This document shows positions 62,411 through 64,000 of a stretch of DNA of 64,000 nt, piece after piece. Numbering within the stretch: the first letter of the stretch is position 1; every line of letters begins with the position of its first letter. The notes under the pieces were generated by a model that was not told the origin of the DNA, made no database searches, and was given only the letters and a program-made list of their open reading frames with translations. The stretch is from a bacterium (GTDB taxonomy: Bacteria > Patescibacteriota > Patescibacteriia > Patescibacteriales > GWE2-39-37), in the NCBI GenBank assembly GCA_037146995.1, contig JBAWWA010000006.1, positions 15,031 through 79,030 on the forward strand, in the 5' to 3' direction. A program made the translations under genes and the position numbers.

Positions 62411-64000
62411 GTGGTTAAGGGATTTTTTAAAATTTCATTTTTAATTTTGTTAATTGCTATTTCAGCTCTTCTGGTCAATCATTTGGCCCTGGTTCGTGCA
62501 TCCAACTTGATAAATATTAGCACCACTGCTGATCGTCCCTGGCCAGCGGTTAATTCAGTTCAAACTTTAAAATTCACCTTGACCCAAGCCATTCCCGACA
62601 ATGGTCAAATTGTTGTCTATGAGGGGGCTTCTGGCTTTTCTATTCCGGCTGGATTTACTGAAACGCTGGTTAATGTCTATGTCGCCGATGATGGAGGTAA
62701 TTATATAGACCGTAAAACAGTGATGCAGTTCGACAGCACCAGTGTTGTAACTGGTGCGGCAGGACAGATAAATATGCGCTTAGCTCCTGGCTTGCCGGCT
62801 GGCAAGAAGATTATGCTGGTCCTCGGTGCACCGGGCGATTCGAGTAATATAAACAACCCGGGTATTATTGATCGTTATAACATAAAAATTGAAACGCTTG
62901 ACGCCTCGGATCAGGTTCTTGATACTGGCCTTGCTAGTATTAAGATTTTAAATAAAATAATTACCAATTTATCTAAAATTAGTGATCAAATCGAGACGCC
63001 TTGGCCCAGCACAGCGCTAATTTCTCGACCAGCCGCGCATACACTAAAGTTTACTTTAAACCAATCATTGCCCAGTGGTGGCAAGATAATTGTAACGCCA
63101 AATCCTGGCTCTTTTGATATTCCATTAAATTTTGATTATCGGGATATTGATATGGCAGTAACTGATAGTTTTGGGGCTTATACTGACCTTGGTCTGGCAA
63201 ATTTTGTAAATTTTTCTGATCAAGGAGTGGTGGTGACGACTGGGACGAATGGACAGATTGAGATAACTTTGAATGCTGTTACTAGTTTACTTGCTGGTCA
63301 ATCAGTAATGCTTAAATTAGGTAATGCGACCTATGGTGAGATTGGTGATAGTAAAATCTTTAATCCGCAAAAACTAGGTTCGCATGCCATTAAGGTTGAA
63401 ACGAAGGATCAAAATGGTGATTTACTTGATCGAGCGGCAGCAGTCGTAAATATTATTAATCCGGTTAGTGTTGGTGTTTTAAATCCTAAGGTTAAATATA
63501 ATTTGTCACCGACTGGTGAGCTAATGAATGTAATGCTTGTTACTCTGTCATTTCGGTCTAATTATGCCGCAACTTGTAAATATTCTGATGTTTCTGGCCT
63601 GAGCTATGATGCTATGACCGATTTTTTTGATTATTCGATTGACACTAATGGGCATTTTTATCAATCACAAAATGATATTATTGGTCTTAGCACCAATGCT
63701 TGGCATTCTTTTTATGTTTTGTGTAAAGACGCCAAGGGTGTACTCGATGACAAGGAGACAGAGATAAAATTCTTTTCACGTGGTGGCGGTATGGGTGGCA
63801 CTGGTGGTGGTACGGGCTCTGGTACTGGAGCCGGCACTGGTGGGGGTTCTGGCACGACGGGCGATAGCACAAGTACTGGAGCTGGTGGCGGTGGCACTGG
63901 TGGTGGTACTGGGGCAGGCAGTGGTACAGGAGCTAGTTCAAACGGCACCGGTGGGACAAGCGGCAGTGGTGGTTCGGGTAGTGGAGCAGGTGGCGGCGGC
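62411..64000 (+). CDS. secreted repeat protein, 3'-truncated by the window end (absent from the supplied ORF track)
   Basis: GTG at 62411, 3 nt after the previous stop, opens a frame with no stop through nt 64000 (530 codons). N-terminal signal/TM FKISFLILLIAISALLVNHLALVRA. Two tandem about 150-aa modules (VQTLKFTLTQAIPDNGQIVV... and AHTLKFTLNQSLPSGGKIIV...). Then a Gly/Thr/Ser-rich tract. Confidence 0.7.
   Translation, partial: MVKGFFKISFLILLIAISALLVNHLALVRASNLINISTTADRPWPAVNSVQTLKFTLTQAIPDNGQIVVYEGASGFSIPAGFTETLVNVYVADDGGNYIDRKTVMQFDSTSVVTGAAGQINMRLAPGLPAGKKIMLVLGAPGDSSNINNPGIIDRYNIKIETLDASDQVLDTGLASIKILNKIITNLSKISDQIETPWPSTALISRPAAHTLKFTLNQSLPSGGKIIVTPNPGSFDIPLNFDYRDIDMAVTDSFGAYTDLGLANFVNFSDQGVVVTTGTNGQIEITLNAVTSLLAGQSVMLKLGNATYGEIGDSKIFNPQKLGSHAIKVETKDQNGDLLDRAAAVVNIINPVSVGVLNPKVKYNLSPTGELMNVMLVTLSFRSNYAATCKYSDVSGLSYDAMTDFFDYSIDTNGHFYQSQNDIIGLSTNAWHSFYVLCKDAKGVLDDKETEIKFFSRGGGMGGTGGGTGSGTGAGTGGGSGTTGDSTSTGAGGGGTGGGTGAGSGTGASSNGTGGTSGSGGSGSGAGGGG
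63781..64000 (+). repeat. GC-rich GGN/ACN low-complexity repeat encoding a Gly/Thr/Ser tract
   Basis: GGGMGGTGGGTGSGTGAGTGGGSGTTG... continues to the window edge. It explains the spurious Pro-rich ORFs on the minus strand. Confidence 0.85.

Noticed and set aside
1-64000. CRISPR arrays, rRNA genes, transposases or integrases
   Set aside because: I saw no regularly spaced direct repeats with unique spacers. The only tandem repeats are coding low-complexity tracts. No rRNA-like conserved blocks were seen, and no ORF has DDE or tyrosine/serine recombinase motifs.

Overview
AT-rich, very gene-dense bacterial chromosomal segment. Every protein gene I accept is on the + strand except hup. Housekeeping genes I recognise: ftsK, gyrA, hup, rlmH, typA/bipA, ftsH, comF, tRNA-Ser(GCU) and tRNA-Arg(GCG). 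By inference only, the gene content suggests a Patescibacteria/CPR-like organism: PrgI/VirB4 module, translin-like gene, giant orphan ORFs, few Shine-Dalgarno sites and several apparently leaderless promoters. Accessory content comes in five blocks. (1) 15-7294: a type IV secretion/conjugation-like operon with PrgI-like, an apparently split VirB4 and a VirB8-like candidate, next to comF. (2) 12211-19162: an 1819-aa orphan giant membrane protein, a small helical protein and a secreted Ig-like protein. (3) 30501-38677: three back-to-back secreted proteins, two of them IPT + parallel beta-helix paralogs. All three share one signal peptide and an identical-style C-terminal tail, AP-x-AP-x-GL-x-V-[IR]-stop. 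(4) 41880-44912: a single 1010-aa ORF made of two complete GspE/PilB-type secretion ATPase units fused in tandem, with no pilus or platform genes nearby. (5) 47399-64000+: the most interesting block, a surface-protein locus. It holds a 2315-aa giant protein, a 35-Cys lipoprotein, two about 345-aa secreted paralogs, three tandem DUF916/DUF3324-like membrane proteins, an FGE/SUMF1-like protein, a small bitopic protein, and a long ORF absent from the supplied track (62411 to the window end). The architecture mirrors WxL loci of Lactobacillales, but the shared C-terminal domain is a Trp-less variant ending in PTY. Other observations: a duplicated tRNA-Ser 3' end, a duplicated typA 5' end forming an upstream ORF, an MNT/HepT toxin-antitoxin pair, and a DnaA-box-like motif (TGTGGATAA) just downstream of several -10 elements. 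No CRISPR array, rRNA or transposase was seen. All domain calls come from motif reading by eye and need HMM or structure confirmation.
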